Of a stretch of 64,000 nt of DNA, positions 1 through 11,350 are shown one piece after another. Under the pieces are notes generated by a model that was not told the origin of the DNA, searched no databases, and worked only from the letters and a program-made list of their open reading frames with translations. The translations under genes were made by a program, and so were the position numbers. Positions within the stretch are counted from its first letter, which is position 1, and the number at the start of each line of letters is the position of its first letter. Location: the IMG/VR virus record IMGVR_UViG_3300043427_002668. One strand, written 5' to 3'. Source of the DNA: a virus. Its lineage: Duplodnaviria; Caudoviricetes.

Positions 1-3000
1 TTTAGAAATAATGAAGTAGTTCTTTATGATCCACAAGGACAAACTAAAATAACAGGGTTAAGTACAAATTCTCAATATTATGCTTCAGTAATTGATCCTC
101 TTACAATTAAATTATATAAAAATTTAGAAGACTCTTCTGCAGGAATTAATACTGTCAATTTAACAGGAATTGGTACAGGAAGACAATCATTTAAATCTGT
201 TGCAAAGAAAAAGCAAATAGGTTCAGTACAAGTAATCAATTCTGGATTTGGATATGAAACTAAAAAAAGAACAGTATCTTCTGTAGGAATTGATACTTTT
301 TCGGGAACAATTACTATAAAAAATCATGGTTATCGTGAAGGGGAGATAATAACTTATAATTCAACTGATACGGATATAGGTGGACTTACCTCAGGTTCTT
401 CTTATTATGTAAGTTTTGTTAGTGAGAATAAATTTAAACTATCTAACGTTGGTCTTGGAAATACTGAAAAAGACTTTTTCTATAAAACAGGAAATTACAT
501 TAATTTTACATCAATTGGACTAGGAACTCACTCTTTTAATTATGAACCAATAACAATAACAGTTATTGGAAAAACTGGAATAGGAACCACTTATTCAAAT
601 CAAGTAAATTTAAGGCCAATATTTACAGGGAAAGTTACATCGGTTCATTTGGAAAATAAGGGATTTTTGTATGGATCTGAGATTATTAATTATAACAGAC
701 AACCAAATGTAACATTATTGAGTGGTAAAAACGCTCAGGCAAAACCAATAATACAAAATGGAAAAATAGTAGAAGTTGTAATAATTAATAGTGGAACTCA
801 GTATTATTCTACTCCAAAAATTAATATTGTAGGAAATGGGTCTGGTGCCGTTCTTACTCCTATTATAGAAAATAATGTATTGAAAAAAATAAAAGTTATT
901 TATGGTGGAGGTGGATATAAAGAAAATACAATAATTAATATAGTTCCATCAGGATCTGAGTCTAAATTTGAAACTAAGATTGCAACCTGGAGATTTAATC
1001 TTTTTGAAAGACTTTTTAGAAATAATCAAATTCCTCCAGATGATGGAGTCCTTTATGAAGGAAAAAATGATAAAAATGGTTTAGAGTATACTCATTTATA
1101 TGCACCTAGAAAATTAAGGTCTTCTGTTCTAGGGCAAAGAAGTCTTAATGGAAAAGTAGTTTATAATCCCGATTTAGAGTTAATCAATGGATCAGAATCT
1201 ATTTCACTAACCCATTCTCCAATAATTGGATGGGCATATGATGGAAATCCAATTTATGGACCTTATGGTTATACTTCTATAACCGGCGGTTCAATCAAAC
1301 AAATGGTTTCTGGTTATGAACTTATAGGTAATGCCGCAGTAAATCGACCAAATTATCCTTTTGGTTCTTTTGTTGAGGATTATTCATTTACTAATAATGG
1401 AGATCTAGATGAACATAATGGAAGATTTTGTGTTACTCCAGAATTTCCAAATGGGGTATATGCGTACTTCTGTACCATTGATACAGGTCTTCCACAAAAT
1501 AGTGAGCCATTTCTCAATTATAAAAAACCACAATTTCCTTATGTAATAGGAAATACTTATAAATCCTCTCCTATTGAATTTAATTTCTTATCCACTTCAA
1601 ATTTAAATAAATTCAATTTAAATGAATCATCCCTATTAAGAAATACAAAACCATATGGGATATTAGACAAATATACTCAATACGACCAAATTATTGATCC
1701 AAATAAAATTAAAAACCAAGTATCAAGAATAAAGTCAGTATCTGAGGGTAAAGTTGATTTTATTGGAATTGTAACGGGAGGAAATTCTTACAGAGTTAAT
1801 CAAGGTATTACACTGTCAGATCAGAAAACAAAAGCTTTTGTTTCCGAAATAGAAGGAAAATATGTTAACAATATTAGTGTGGCTACTACTACAATTTCTA
1901 ATATTGAATTTGTTCGAAATAATGATAAGTATGTTGGTTTTTCATCTGTACCTCACAACTTACTTACTAATGATCTTGTAGTTATTACCTCAACATATGA
2001 TTATAATATAACTGGCAATATAGATGTAAAAAATTACACATTAACCTTAAGATCTGGTATTGAGTCCTCATCAGTAACCGGAATAGTTACCTATTTAGAT
2101 GTCACAGGATCCTTAGATGAATCAAAAATTAGAGAAAATGACATATATTTTCTTGGAAATGAACAGATTAAAATATTAAATATAGATCCACAAAAGTCTA
2201 GATTAAGAATATTGAGAAATCAATATGGAACCATTGGGGTTTCTTCTATTTCTGTAGGAACTGCTATAACGGAGAATCCAAGAAAGTTTGAAATTAATTT
2301 TGGTATTACAACTTCATATGATTTTAATTACAACAGACAATTATACTTTGATCCTATTTTATCTGTTGGACTGGGGACAACTTCCGGAGTTGGAATTAAT
2401 TCAACTTTATTCTTAAGTACAAATAATTTTAAACATCCAGTATCTATAGGAACTGGCACTACTACATTTTTATATTTTTCTGATATTAAAGATCTTCAAG
2501 AGTATACTAGTGGTGGATATGTTGATTTAGTAGATTCTACCAATACTTCATTTAATGTATCTAAGAAAAAAATAGTTTCTATAGGATCAAGTGCTATAGG
2601 AATTAATTTTAATAGTTCAGCACTGTCTGGAACTGGTGTTATTTCATATGTAAATAAATGGATTTCTAAGGATATTCCTACAAGAACAATATATTTACCA
2701 AATCATAATTTAAATACTGGCGATTCCTTAATTTATTCTTCAAATGGTGGCACAAGAGTTTCTGTTTCGACAAATGGAATTTCCAATTTCCAACTTGGAG
2801 AAAATTCAATTCTTTATGTTGCAAAAATCTCTAGCGATTTAATTGGCATATCTACAATAAAAGTTGGATTGGGATCAACCGGAACGTTTGTTGGTGTTGG
2901 ATCAATTTCGTCTTCTATCTTATACCTCACTTCTGTTGGAACAGGTAACACTCATAGTTTTACTACTAACTATAATAATATTTTTGTTGCCGATTTATCA

Positions 3001-6000
3001 AAAAATGTGGCAACAATACAAACAAAGGAACCTCATGAATTAATTAGAAATGATTATGTTAATGTATCAGTTTTATCTGGGGTCAGTACATCAATTAAAT
3101 TTACATATAATAAAAAACATAGAAGAGTTTTGGTCGATCCAAAAACTTTTGTATCATCGAATGTAGATCTAATAAAAAATATTATAACAATCAATAAACA
3201 TAATTTTAAAACAGGACAGAAAGTTATTCACACTTGCACTGGATCTCCAGTGGGTGGGTTGATAAATGATAAAATTTATTTTGTAATAGTAATAGATCAG
3301 AATAAAATAAGGTTATCCGATACTTTTTATAATGCTATAAAGGCAGAACCAAATTACGTTATCTTTACGTCAACTTCATCCGGAACTATTTCAAAAATTA
3401 ATCCACAAATTGATATAGTCAAAAATTCTCAAGTAATTTTTGACTTATCGGACTCATCATTATCATTTACAAATAATTCAAAAGATTATCCCGCATTTAG
3501 TCTAGATTTTTATACAGATTCAACATTTACTAACAAGTATGAAAGTTCCGGATTAACCAAAAAATTTGATGTTACTAGATCTGGATTGGTTGGAATTGAC
3601 AGTCAGGCAAGGGTAACTCTAAATTCCACCAATTCCCCGAACATTTTATATTATAAACTAAATCCAATTAATACAAAAATTAATTCTAATGAAAATCTTG
3701 AAGTGATTATTGATACGGAAATAACAAACTCAAATAAAATTCAGATAACTGAAAGTTCATATAATGGAAGACATAAAATTGTTGGGGTTGGAAGCACTAC
3801 CTTTACATTTGATTTAGAAAAAAATCCAGAAACATCTTCGTATTCATCAGAATCTTCATCTATAAAATATTCTACAAATTCTTCCTCCGCAACTGGACAA
3901 ATAAGTAATGTTACGATTTATTCTACAAACACAAATTTAAAGTCTTTACCAAAAGTTGTTTCTTCTTCGGATATATCTAATTCTAGCGCAATATTATACG
4001 CTGAAGGATTTGGGATAGGAAGAGTAGAGCAAAAAAATATAGAAATACTAGACATTGGATTTGACTACTCTTCAGATTTTTCAATTAGACCGACCGCAAA
4101 GTTCTCATCTTTGTTTGAAATAGAATCATATTCTACTATAGAAAGTATTTCTGTTCTTTCGGTCGGTAAACAATATTCAGTAAAACCAGATTTAGTTCTA
4201 TTTGATACTTATACTAAAAAAATAATTAATGATGTTGTTCTGAATTATAATATTCAAAATCATAGTGTAACTATTCTTAAAAATACAAATAATATCACTG
4301 GAAATTATATTCCTTTAATTATACCAATAAACAACAGTAATGGAGTTGGAATAAGTTCAATTTCTTATAATTCTTCCAATAAGACGGTAACTGTTGGATT
4401 AGCAAAATCTTATAGTAGTATAAGTGACTTCCCATTTGCTGTAGGGGATAGTGTAGTTATTGAAAATGTAAGCGTTGGTATAGGATCCACATTAAAGGGA
4501 TATAATTCTTCAGAATATGAATATAGTTCATTTGAAATTATAAGTAGAGATCCAAATATTGGAGGTTCTAATGGAACTATAACCTATAGTATGAATAATT
4601 ATTTGAGCGATTCTGATATTTTAGGATCCTATGATTTGTTAAATTCTTCAGGTAAAATTATCAATACAAATAATTTACCAATCTTTGAGGTTAAAACTAA
4701 GAAAAAACAATTCTTTAAAAATGAAACTATTACATCAAATGGTTCTGCAGGAATAATTGAAAACCACGATACTGATAGAGATATTATTAAGGTCTCAACT
4801 GTTGATGATTTTTATGTGGGAAATATAGTAAAAGGATCATCCTCAAATACAATAGGAAAAATTAAAAAGATAAGTGAATTTGATCTTAATTATAATGTAT
4901 CTTCATCTACAGTTGTCAATAAAGGATGGTCTAAAGAAACTGGATTCTTAAATTATAACACTCAAAGAATACACGATAGTGATTATTATCAATATTTTTC
5001 ATATTCTGTTCAATCAAAAGTTGAATATGAAAAATGGAATGAAAATGTAAGTAAATTAACTCACACTTCTGGATTTAAAAAATTTAGTGATTTAATAGTT
5101 GATTCGGATTCAAAATATTCTGGAATGTCCAAGGATCAAAATAGCAGTGACATATCAGGAATATCAGACATCCATAGTGCTGCAAGCGTTCATTGTTACT
5201 ATGATTTTGACTTAGTAAGGGAGAATAATATTTCCTTTAATTCAGAAATAGGTTCTAATGAGATAACATTTAACTCAAAAATACTTCAGGATTACATAGA
5301 ATCTGTTGGCAATAGAGTATTAATTATTGATGATGTGTCAGATTCTTTTAGTAGTAGTCCGAGGACAAGTAAGTTTAGTATTGTGGATTCTTTTGATATT
5401 TCCGAAGATCCTTTTCTTTCTAACAGATATAAAAAGTATTTCTTTAGTATCAGAGATAAGGTATATTTGGATCCGGTTGAGGTTGGATTAATATCACTCC
5501 TACACGATGATAATTTTGGTTATTTAAATCAATATGGATTTACTAATTCGGAATATTCATTGGGAACTTTTGATTTTTCAATCAGTTCTGGATTTGGTCA
5601 ACTAAGATTTTTCCCAATTAATTTTTCTGAGCAAATTTATAGTGTCAATCTATTTTCTATCGGTTTTCCAAATGTTGCTGCTGGAGTAGGAAGCACAAAT
5701 ATTGGCAATATTGTAAATATATCTTCAAATTATGTTAATGTCAGTACAGCAAATACTACTTCGATAGTAAGTATTTCTTCTACCTATAGATCATCTAAAG
5801 TTTTGGTTCAAATTGGTTCTACAGATGGAAATTACTATGAAATAAATGAATTTACTCTTTTGAATGATGGGACAAATGTAAGTTCACTCGAATATGGAAT
5901 GTTGAATACAAATTCACTCAACTCGTATTCAACAAGTGGAATATCTACTTTTAATTTTAATATTGTTGGGGGCGATTTAAATGTTGAAATAAATCCAATA

Positions 6001-9000
6001 TCTGGTTATGGATCTAATATTAATGTAAATGCCTTTGTTGTTTCTATAGCTAATACTACTTCTACTGGAATTTCCACAGAACAATATTCTAATGGATATA
6101 TTAACTCCAGATTTAAACAAATATCTTCATCAGTAACTCCTTCAGCAAACGTAATTTCAAGTTTCGACTCTGCATCCAATGGAGCTTATTACATAGTTTC
6201 TATCGAAGATTTAACAAATAATGAGTATCAAACTTGCGAAATTATAATTGTCAGAAATGACGCCACTTCAGGAATTTCCGAATTTGGTGTAGTCCAAACA
6301 AACAATTCTTTAGGAGAATTTACTTCAGATATTTCTGGGTCGAATTGCAGATTATTATTTACACCAATTCCAAACATTGATGTTGAAGTTAGAGTTTGTG
6401 AATTTTCAATTTCAGAATTGGATGAAACATATCCAACAGAACTTGATTTTGGAAATGGTTTTTCCGTACAATACACAACATCCGAATATACTGGAACAGA
6501 TATTGATATAAGAAAATCGTTTGATTTAACTTATAAGAAAAATCCAATTTTCCAAAAAACTTTTAGTGGAATATCTAGTGGAGTTGTTAATGTTGAAGAT
6601 AATACAATACAAATTCCATATCATTATTTTGTAACAGGTGAAGAAGTTCAATATTCTTACCCAAATTCAAATGTATCGACTGCAAATGCTATTGGAATCG
6701 CTACAACTACCATTAGTGGAATAGGAAATACTGATAGATTACCCAACACTCTTTATATTGTAAAGGTGAATGACTCAAAAGTAAGAGTTTCTGCTTCAGC
6801 ATCAGAAGCTCTCAAAACAGTGCCAAATGTTCTGAATATAACTTCAGTTGGAATAGGGTCTCATACCTTTACCTCAAAGAAACAAAATTCAAAATGTTTA
6901 ATTTCCATAGACAATATAGTTCAATCTCCTATTGTTTCTACATCTATTACTTCAATATTAGCAACATCAGTTTCTAAAACTACAAATGTAATAGACATAT
7001 CAGATCCAAGCGAATTTTATGGCGGAGATTTTATTAAAATTAATGATGAAATTATGAAGATAAGATCTGTTGGTTTTGGAAGTACGAATTCGATTTTGGT
7101 TCAAAGACCGCTTCTAGGAACTTCACCCCAAAGTCATAATTCATCCGATATCGTTACAAAAATTTCTGGTCAATACAATATTGTTAACAATACACTGCAC
7201 TTTTCAGAACCTCCATTCGGAAAAGTACCATTTTTAAATGAAAATAATAGGGGAGATGAAGAAGATTATTATAAATTAGAAACTAGTTCAAAGTTTAATG
7301 GAAGAGTTTTTATAAGATCTGGGGTCGAAAATTCTTCAGAAGAAACTTATAAAAATAACTATATTTTTGATAGTATATCTTCAAATTTCACTGGATTTAC
7401 TACAGAATTTACTCTGACATCTAACAGTTCTAATATAAGTGGGATTGTTACTTCAAATGCAATTGTTTTGGTTAATAACGTTTTCCAATTTCCAAATAAA
7501 AATACAGGTTCTATCGAAGAAAATCAATATGAACTAAAAGAGTTTTCTGGTATTACAAGTATTACCTTTGAACCAAGTACTTTGACAAATTATTCTTCTG
7601 ATATTAATAAAACTAATTTACCTAGAGGTGGAATCATACTCTCTGTAGCCTCTACTGAGGGATTTGGTTATCAACCTCTTGTAGCGGCAGGTGGAACTGC
7701 TATTGTGTCTTTGGCTGGTACTATTCAGTCAATAAGTATCGGAAACAGTGGATCTGGTTATAGATCTGGAATTCAAACTGCAGTAAATGTTAGTGTGGCG
7801 ACTTCTAGCACAGGAATAGTTAATATTACTAAAATAGGAACCGCTACAGTAAATAATGGTAATATTGTAAGTGTTGCTATTACAAATCCCGGAATAGGAT
7901 ATACGTCAACAAATCCACCTATTGTTATATTCGATTCTCCTTTACCTTATTATAATATTCCATTAGTTTATAATTCATCATCTTCCGGAATTGGTACTGG
8001 AGCAAAAGTTAACATTATTGTGGGACAAGGATCTAGTGTTATTAATTTTGAAATTTCAAACTATGGATTTGGTTATGAGATTGGAGATATCTTAACAGTA
8101 AATATTGGAGGATCTACTGGAATTCCTACAAACACTTCTTTACCATTCAAAGAATTTAATTTAACAGTGGATCAAATTTATAATGATATATTCTATGGAT
8201 GGTCTGTTGGAGATCTTCAGGTTTTAGATTCTGTTGATGATCTAATAGATGGAAATCGCAAATTATTCCCAATTAAACTAAATGGACAACAAATTTCTAT
8301 TAGAGCAAGGAAGGGTTCAAGTATAGACGTTCAGGCAACATTATTAGTGTTTATAAATGACATATTACAAGTTCCCGGAGAAGGATATATTTTTAATGGT
8401 GGAAGTGTTATTGAAATCAGTGAATCTCTAAAAGAAGGAGATAAATTAAGAATTCTATTCTATAAAGGAACGGGAAGTGTTGATACTCAAAATGTAGATA
8501 TCCTTGAACCTGTTGAAATTGGCGATTTAGTTAATATAAATTCCACAGATTTAATTCTAGATCAAAGTGATAGATTAACGGAGCAAATTACTAATAGTGA
8601 TTTAATTGTAACAAATTCTTATTTTGGTGTTGGTATTTCGTCAGATTCAACTGTAGTCAGACCAATTACATTATGCAAACAAACTGAAGATAGATTTGTT
8701 GATGGAAAATATGTATCTAAAGATAGAAACATATATGAACCACTAATTTTCCCAACGACTAATATTATAGAAAATGTTAGTACATCTTCAACAACTATTT
8801 TTGTTGAAAGTGTAAAAACTTTCTTTGACAGTGGAAAAGAATACATTCAAAATAATGTAGACAATATTCCACAAAAATCCGTAAGAATATTATCACAAAC
8901 ATCAACATCCGTTGCTATTGCCACTGCAATAGTTTCTGCAGCTGGGTCCATAACTTCAATAGTAATTTCTGATGGGGGGGTTGGATATTCAACGAATCCT

Positions 9001-9753
9001 TCAGTGATTATACAGAATCCAGTGGGTTCCGGTGTAACAATTGGTATTGGATCTACAGCGTTAGTATCTTCTACAATATCCGTGGGTGGAACAGTTTCAT
9101 CAATAACTGTTGTAGATTCTGGAATTGGATATACAACATCAAATCCACCAGTAGTAATGATAGAACCACCATTTGCAACATATGAAGACATTAACAATGT
9201 TACATATAATGGTGACTTTGGAATAATAGTCGGTATTGCTACAACATCTCTTGTTGGAGTAGCTTCGACAGGCATTGTATTTGATCTATTTGTTCCAACA
9301 TCATCTGCTCTCAGAAATACTTCAATAAATGTGGGAGTTGCTACTACTGGTATAAGTGGAATACAGACAAATTATCTTTTTGTTGTAAGCAACTCAAATA
9401 TAGGAAATGGAGTTACTTCATTAAATTCTTCTGGATCAATAGTTGGTGTTGGTTCTACTTTCTTGGACGGAATTTATAGTGCTGTTAAAGTTTCTGTAGC
9501 GCAGACATCAGTTCCCGGTGTTGGGATTACAAATGTCTCCAGGGTTGTTGTAAGTGTTAGGAGTTATAATGGATTGACTGGAACTGGATACAGTGAGTTT
9601 TTTGGAAATTATTCTTGGGGAATATTATCAAACTTAACAAGAAAAAATCCGCAATCATTTACTGCAAATGTAAATGGATATAGTGGGATTTCTTCCTCTC
9701 CGATTGTTATTAGATCAAATTCACTTAAATATATTGGGTATTCTACCACATAA
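1..9753 (+). CDS. Giant baseplate wedge protein (gp7-like), 5'-truncated; contains a YHYH-like domain
   Basis: Frame 1 is open from base 1 (FRNNEVVLYDPQG...), so the TTG at 649 is not the start. Ser/Thr/Gly-rich beta-type repeats; HSPIIGWAYDGNPIYGPYG...DLDEHNGRFCVTPEFPNG motif; lies directly upstream of gp8, the gp7 position in T4-like phages. Confidence 0.75.
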   Translation, partial: FRNNEVVLYDPQGQTKITGLSTNSQYYASVIDPLTIKLYKNLEDSSAGINTVNLTGIGTGRQSFKSVAKKKQIGSVQVINSGFGYETKKRTVSSVGIDTFSGTITIKNHGYREGEIITYNSTDTDIGGLTSGSSYYVSFVSENKFKLSNVGLGNTEKDFFYKTGNYINFTSIGLGTHSFNYEPITITVIGKTGIGTTYSNQVNLRPIFTGKVTSVHLENKGFLYGSEIINYNRQPNVTLLSGKNAQAKPIIQNGKIVEVVIINSGTQYYSTPKINIVGNGSGAVLTPIIENNVLKKIKVIYGGGGYKENTIINIVPSGSESKFETKIATWRFNLFERLFRNNQIPPDDGVLYEGKNDKNGLEYTHLYAPRKLRSSVLGQRSLNGKVVYNPDLELINGSESISLTHSPIIGWAYDGNPIYGPYGYTSITGGSIKQMVSGYELIGNAAVNRPNYPFGSFVEDYSFTNNGDLDEHNGRFCVTPEFPNGVYAYFCTIDTGLPQNSEPFLNYKKPQFPYVIGNTYKSSPIEFNFLSTSNLNKFNLNESSLLRNTKPYGILDKYTQYDQIIDPNKIKNQVSRIKSVSEGKVDFIGIVTGGNSYRVNQGITLSDQKTKAFVSEIEGKYVNNISVATTTISNIEFVRNNDKYVGFSSVPHNLLTNDLVVITSTYDYNITGNIDVKNYTLTLRSGIESSSVTGIVTYLDVTGSLDESKIRENDIYFLGNEQIKILNIDPQKSRLRILRNQYGTIGVSSISVGTAITENPRKFEINFGITTSYDFNYNRQLYFDPILSVGLGTTSGVGINSTLFLSTNNFKHPVSIGTGTTTFLYFSDIKDLQEYTSGGYVDLVDSTNTSFNVSKKKIVSIGSSAIGINFNSSALSGTGVISYVNKWISKDIPTRTIYLPNHNLNTGDSLIYSSNGGTRVSVSTNGISNFQLGENSILYVAKISSDLIGISTIKVGLGSTGTFVGVGSISSSILYLTSVGTGNTHSFTTNYNNIFVADLSKNVATIQTKEPHELIRNDYVNVSVLSGVSTSIKFTYNKKHRRVLVDPKTFVSSNVDLIKNIITINKHNFKTGQKVIHTCTGSPVGGLINDKIYFVIVIDQNKIRLSDTFYNAIKAEPNYVIFTSTSSGTISKINPQIDIVKNSQVIFDLSDSSLSFTNNSKDYPAFSLDFYTDSTFTNKYESSGLTKKFDVTRSGLVGIDSQARVTLNSTNSPNILYYKLNPINTKINSNENLEVIIDTEITNSNKIQITESSYNGRHKIVGVGSTTFTFDLEKNPETSSYSSESSSIKYSTNSSSATGQISNVTIYSTNTNLKSLPKVVSSSDISNSSAILYAEGFGIGRVEQKNIEILDIGFDYSSDFSIRPTAKFSSLFEIESYSTIESISVLSVGKQYSVKPDLVLFDTYTKKIINDVVLNYNIQNHSVTILKNTNNITGNYIPLIIPINNSNGVGISSISYNSSNKTVTVGLAKSYSSISDFPFAVGDSVVIENVSVGIGSTLKGYNSSEYEYSSFEIISRDPNIGGSNGTITYSMNNYLSDSDILGSYDLLNSSGKIINTNNLPIFEVKTKKKQFFKNETITSNGSAGIIENHDTDRDIIKVSTVDDFYVGNIVKGSSSNTIGKIKKISEFDLNYNVSSSTVVNKGWSKETGFLNYNTQRIHDSDYYQYFSYSVQSKVEYEKWNENVSKLTHTSGFKKFSDLIVDSDSKYSGMSKDQNSSDISGISDIHSAASVHCYYDFDLVRENNISFNSEIGSNEITFNSKILQDYIESVGNRVLIIDDVSDSFSSSPRTSKFSIVDSFDISEDPFLSNRYKKYFFSIRDKVYLDPVEVGLISLLHDDNFGYLNQYGFTNSEYSLGTFDFSISSGFGQLRFFPINFSEQIYSVNLFSIGFPNVAAGVGSTNIGNIVNISSNYVNVSTANTTSIVSISSTYRSSKVLVQIGSTDGNYYEINEFTLLNDGTNVSSLEYGMLNTNSLNSYSTSGISTFNFNIVGGDLNVEINPISGYGSNINVNAFVVSIANTTSTGISTEQYSNGYINSRFKQISSSVTPSANVISSFDSASNGAYYIVSIEDLTNNEYQTCEIIIVRNDATSGISEFGVVQTNNSLGEFTSDISGSNCRLLFTPIPNIDVEVRVCEFSISELDETYPTELDFGNGFSVQYTTSEYTGTDIDIRKSFDLTYKKNPIFQKTFSGISSGVVNVEDNTIQIPYHYFVTGEEVQYSYPNSNVSTANAIGIATTTISGIGNTDRLPNTLYIVKVNDSKVRVSASASEALKTVPNVLNITSVGIGSHTFTSKKQNSKCLISIDNIVQSPIVSTSITSILATSVSKTTNVIDISDPSEFYGGDFIKINDEIMKIRSVGFGSTNSILVQRPLLGTSPQSHNSSDIVTKISGQYNIVNNTLHFSEPPFGKVPFLNENNRGDEEDYYKLETSSKFNGRVFIRSGVENSSEETYKNNYIFDSISSNFTGFTTEFTLTSNSSNISGIVTSNAIVLVNNVFQFPNKNTGSIEENQYELKEFSGITSITFEPSTLTNYSSDINKTNLPRGGIILSVASTEGFGYQPLVAAGGTAIVSLAGTIQSISIGNSGSGYRSGIQTAVNVSVATSSTGIVNITKIGTATVNNGNIVSVAITNPGIGYTSTNPPIVIFDSPLPYYNIPLVYNSSSSGIGTGAKVNIIVGQGSSVINFEISNYGFGYEIGDILTVNIGGSTGIPTNTSLPFKEFNLTVDQIYNDIFYGWSVGDLQVLDSVDDLIDGNRKLFPIKLNGQQISIRARKGSSIDVQATLLVFINDILQVPGEGYIFNGGSVIEISESLKEGDKLRILFYKGTGSVDTQNVDILEPVEIGDLVNINSTDLILDQSDRLTEQITNSDLIVTNSYFGVGISSDSTVVRPITLCKQTEDRFVDGKYVSKDRNIYEPLIFPTTNIIENVSTSSTTIFVESVKTFFDSGKEYIQNNVDNIPQKSVRILSQTSTSVAIATAIVSAAGSITSIVISDGGVGYSTNPSVIIQNPVGSGVTIGIGSTALVSSTISVGGTVSSITVVDSGIGYTTSNPPVVMIEPPFATYEDINNVTYNGDFGIIVGIATTSLVGVASTGIVFDLFVPTSSALRNTSINVGVATTGISGIQTNYLFVVSNSNIGNGVTSLNSSGSIVGVGSTFLDGIYSAVKVSVAQTSVPGVGITNVSRVVVSVRSYNGLTGTGYSEFFGNYSWGILSNLTRKNPQSFTANVNGYSGISSSPIVIRSNSLKYIGYSTT

Positions 9754-9756
9754 ATA
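9750..9756 (+). promoter_or_regulatory. T4-type late promoter variant (ATAAATA) overlapping the upstream stop codon
   Basis: ATAAATA 16 nt upstream of the gp8 ATG; the T4 gp55 consensus is TATAAATA. Confidence 0.6.
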
Positions 9757-9772
9757 GATAAAAAACCACAAA

Positions 9773-11344
9773 ATGTCTGCAATTATAACTGATCAATTAC
9801 GAATATTGAATGCGAAGAATTTTGTTTCATCAGCAACAACTTCTTCCAATTCACATTATGTTTTTATCGGACTTCCAAATGCAACAGAATATAATTCAGA
9901 ATGGGATAAAAATCCACCTTCTCCTAGGGATAGTTTTGATGATGAAAATGATTATTGGGATACTATTATTGCTTTAAAGAAAATTAAACCAGAAGATGTT
10001 AAGCAAGTAGTTAGAAAGATTTCTTGGCAGTCTGGTATCACTTATGATATGTATCGTCATAAGATTTCTAGAGATAATTTATCATTGCCTTCTCAGGCAA
10101 CTAATTTATATTCCGCAAACTATTATGTAGTTAATAGTGAATATAAAGTTTATATTTGCATTCATAATGGAGCAGATCCAGAAAACCCTGAGGGTAGACC
10201 TTCATTAGATGAGCCAACTTTTGTAGATTTGGAGCCAAGATCTGCAGGGACAAGTGGAGATGGATATTTGTGGAAATATTTGTACACTATTTCCCCAAGT
10301 GATATTATAAAATTTGATGGAATTAATTATATCCCCGTACCTAAAAATTGGGGAGAAGATTCTGCAACATCAATTATTAAAGAAAATGCAAAAACAAGTA
10401 CTCAAATTAAAAATATAATTATAAGAAGCAGAGGAGATAACCTCGGTTCTCCGGGGATTTATTCTAATGTTCCAATTAAAGGAGACGGAACTGGAGCAGA
10501 AGCAACCATCATTATTAATGATAATTTTCAAGTTGAATCAATTACAGTATCTAATGGCGGATCTGGGTATACATACGCTTCAGTAGATATTGAATCTAGT
10601 GACATATCAACAACTGAGGTTGGATTTTCTTATCCACTATTTGAAGTTGTTATTCCGCCTGTGGGAGGTCACGGATATGATATCTATAGAGAACTTGGAT
10701 CTTACAACGTTTTAGTTTATTCCCGAGTTGAAAATGATTTGGAAAATCCAGATTTTATTCTAGGGAATCAAGTAGCAAGATTTGGAATTGTAAAAAATCC
10801 CCTTGCATATGAGTCGGAAGAAATTTTAAATGAGGACAAAGTTAGTGCAGTACATGCAATAAAACTTTCTGGAAATTTTCAAGATGCAGAATATATACCA
10901 GATAGTTTAATTACTCAAACAATTTCAACTGGAACAACAGCAATTGGAAAGGTTATTTCATATGATTCAAATACTGGAGTTTTGAAATATTGGCAAGATA
11001 GAACATTATATGGATTTAATTTTGATGGTACTGATAATTTGAATCCAACTTATGGATTTCAGAATATTTCATTCACTTCTTCACCAGGAACTGGTGGAAG
11101 TTTATCTATAGTTGGAGATCAATATTCATTATCCATAGATACATCTTTTGGTAGTGAATCTTTACCTGCATCAAGTACAACTATAAATAATAAAACATAC
11201 TATCTTGGACAAGAGTTTGTAGAGGGATTATCAAATCCTGAAGTAAAAAAACATTCTGGAGATATTATTTACGTTGACAATAGACCCTCAATTACCAGGT
11301 CTCAAAATCAAAAAGAAGATATCAAAGTCATTTTGCAATTTTAA
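9773..11344 (+). CDS. gp8: Baseplate wedge subunit gp8
   Basis: MSAIITDQLRILNAKNF start, W...GxTYDMY and DGYLWKYLYTI motifs, C-terminal GDIIYVDNRPSITRSQNQKEDIKVILQF. Confidence 0.9.
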   Translation: MSAIITDQLRILNAKNFVSSATTSSNSHYVFIGLPNATEYNSEWDKNPPSPRDSFDDENDYWDTIIALKKIKPEDVKQVVRKISWQSGITYDMYRHKISRDNLSLPSQATNLYSANYYVVNSEYKVYICIHNGADPENPEGRPSLDEPTFVDLEPRSAGTSGDGYLWKYLYTISPSDIIKFDGINYIPVPKNWGEDSATSIIKENAKTSTQIKNIIIRSRGDNLGSPGIYSNVPIKGDGTGAEATIIINDNFQVESITVSNGGSGYTYASVDIESSDISTTEVGFSYPLFEVVIPPVGGHGYDIYRELGSYNVLVYSRVENDLENPDFILGNQVARFGIVKNPLAYESEEILNEDKVSAVHAIKLSGNFQDAEYIPDSLITQTISTGTTAIGKVISYDSNTGVLKYWQDRTLYGFNFDGTDNLNPTYGFQNISFTSSPGTGGSLSIVGDQYSLSIDTSFGSESLPASSTTINNKTYYLGQEFVEGLSNPEVKKHSGDIIYVDNRPSITRSQNQKEDIKVILQF

Positions 11345-11350
11345 AGAATT

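Noticed and set aside
649-651. TTG start of the 3034-aa ORF
   Set aside because: The frame is open and coding-like from base 1; the gene starts before the window.
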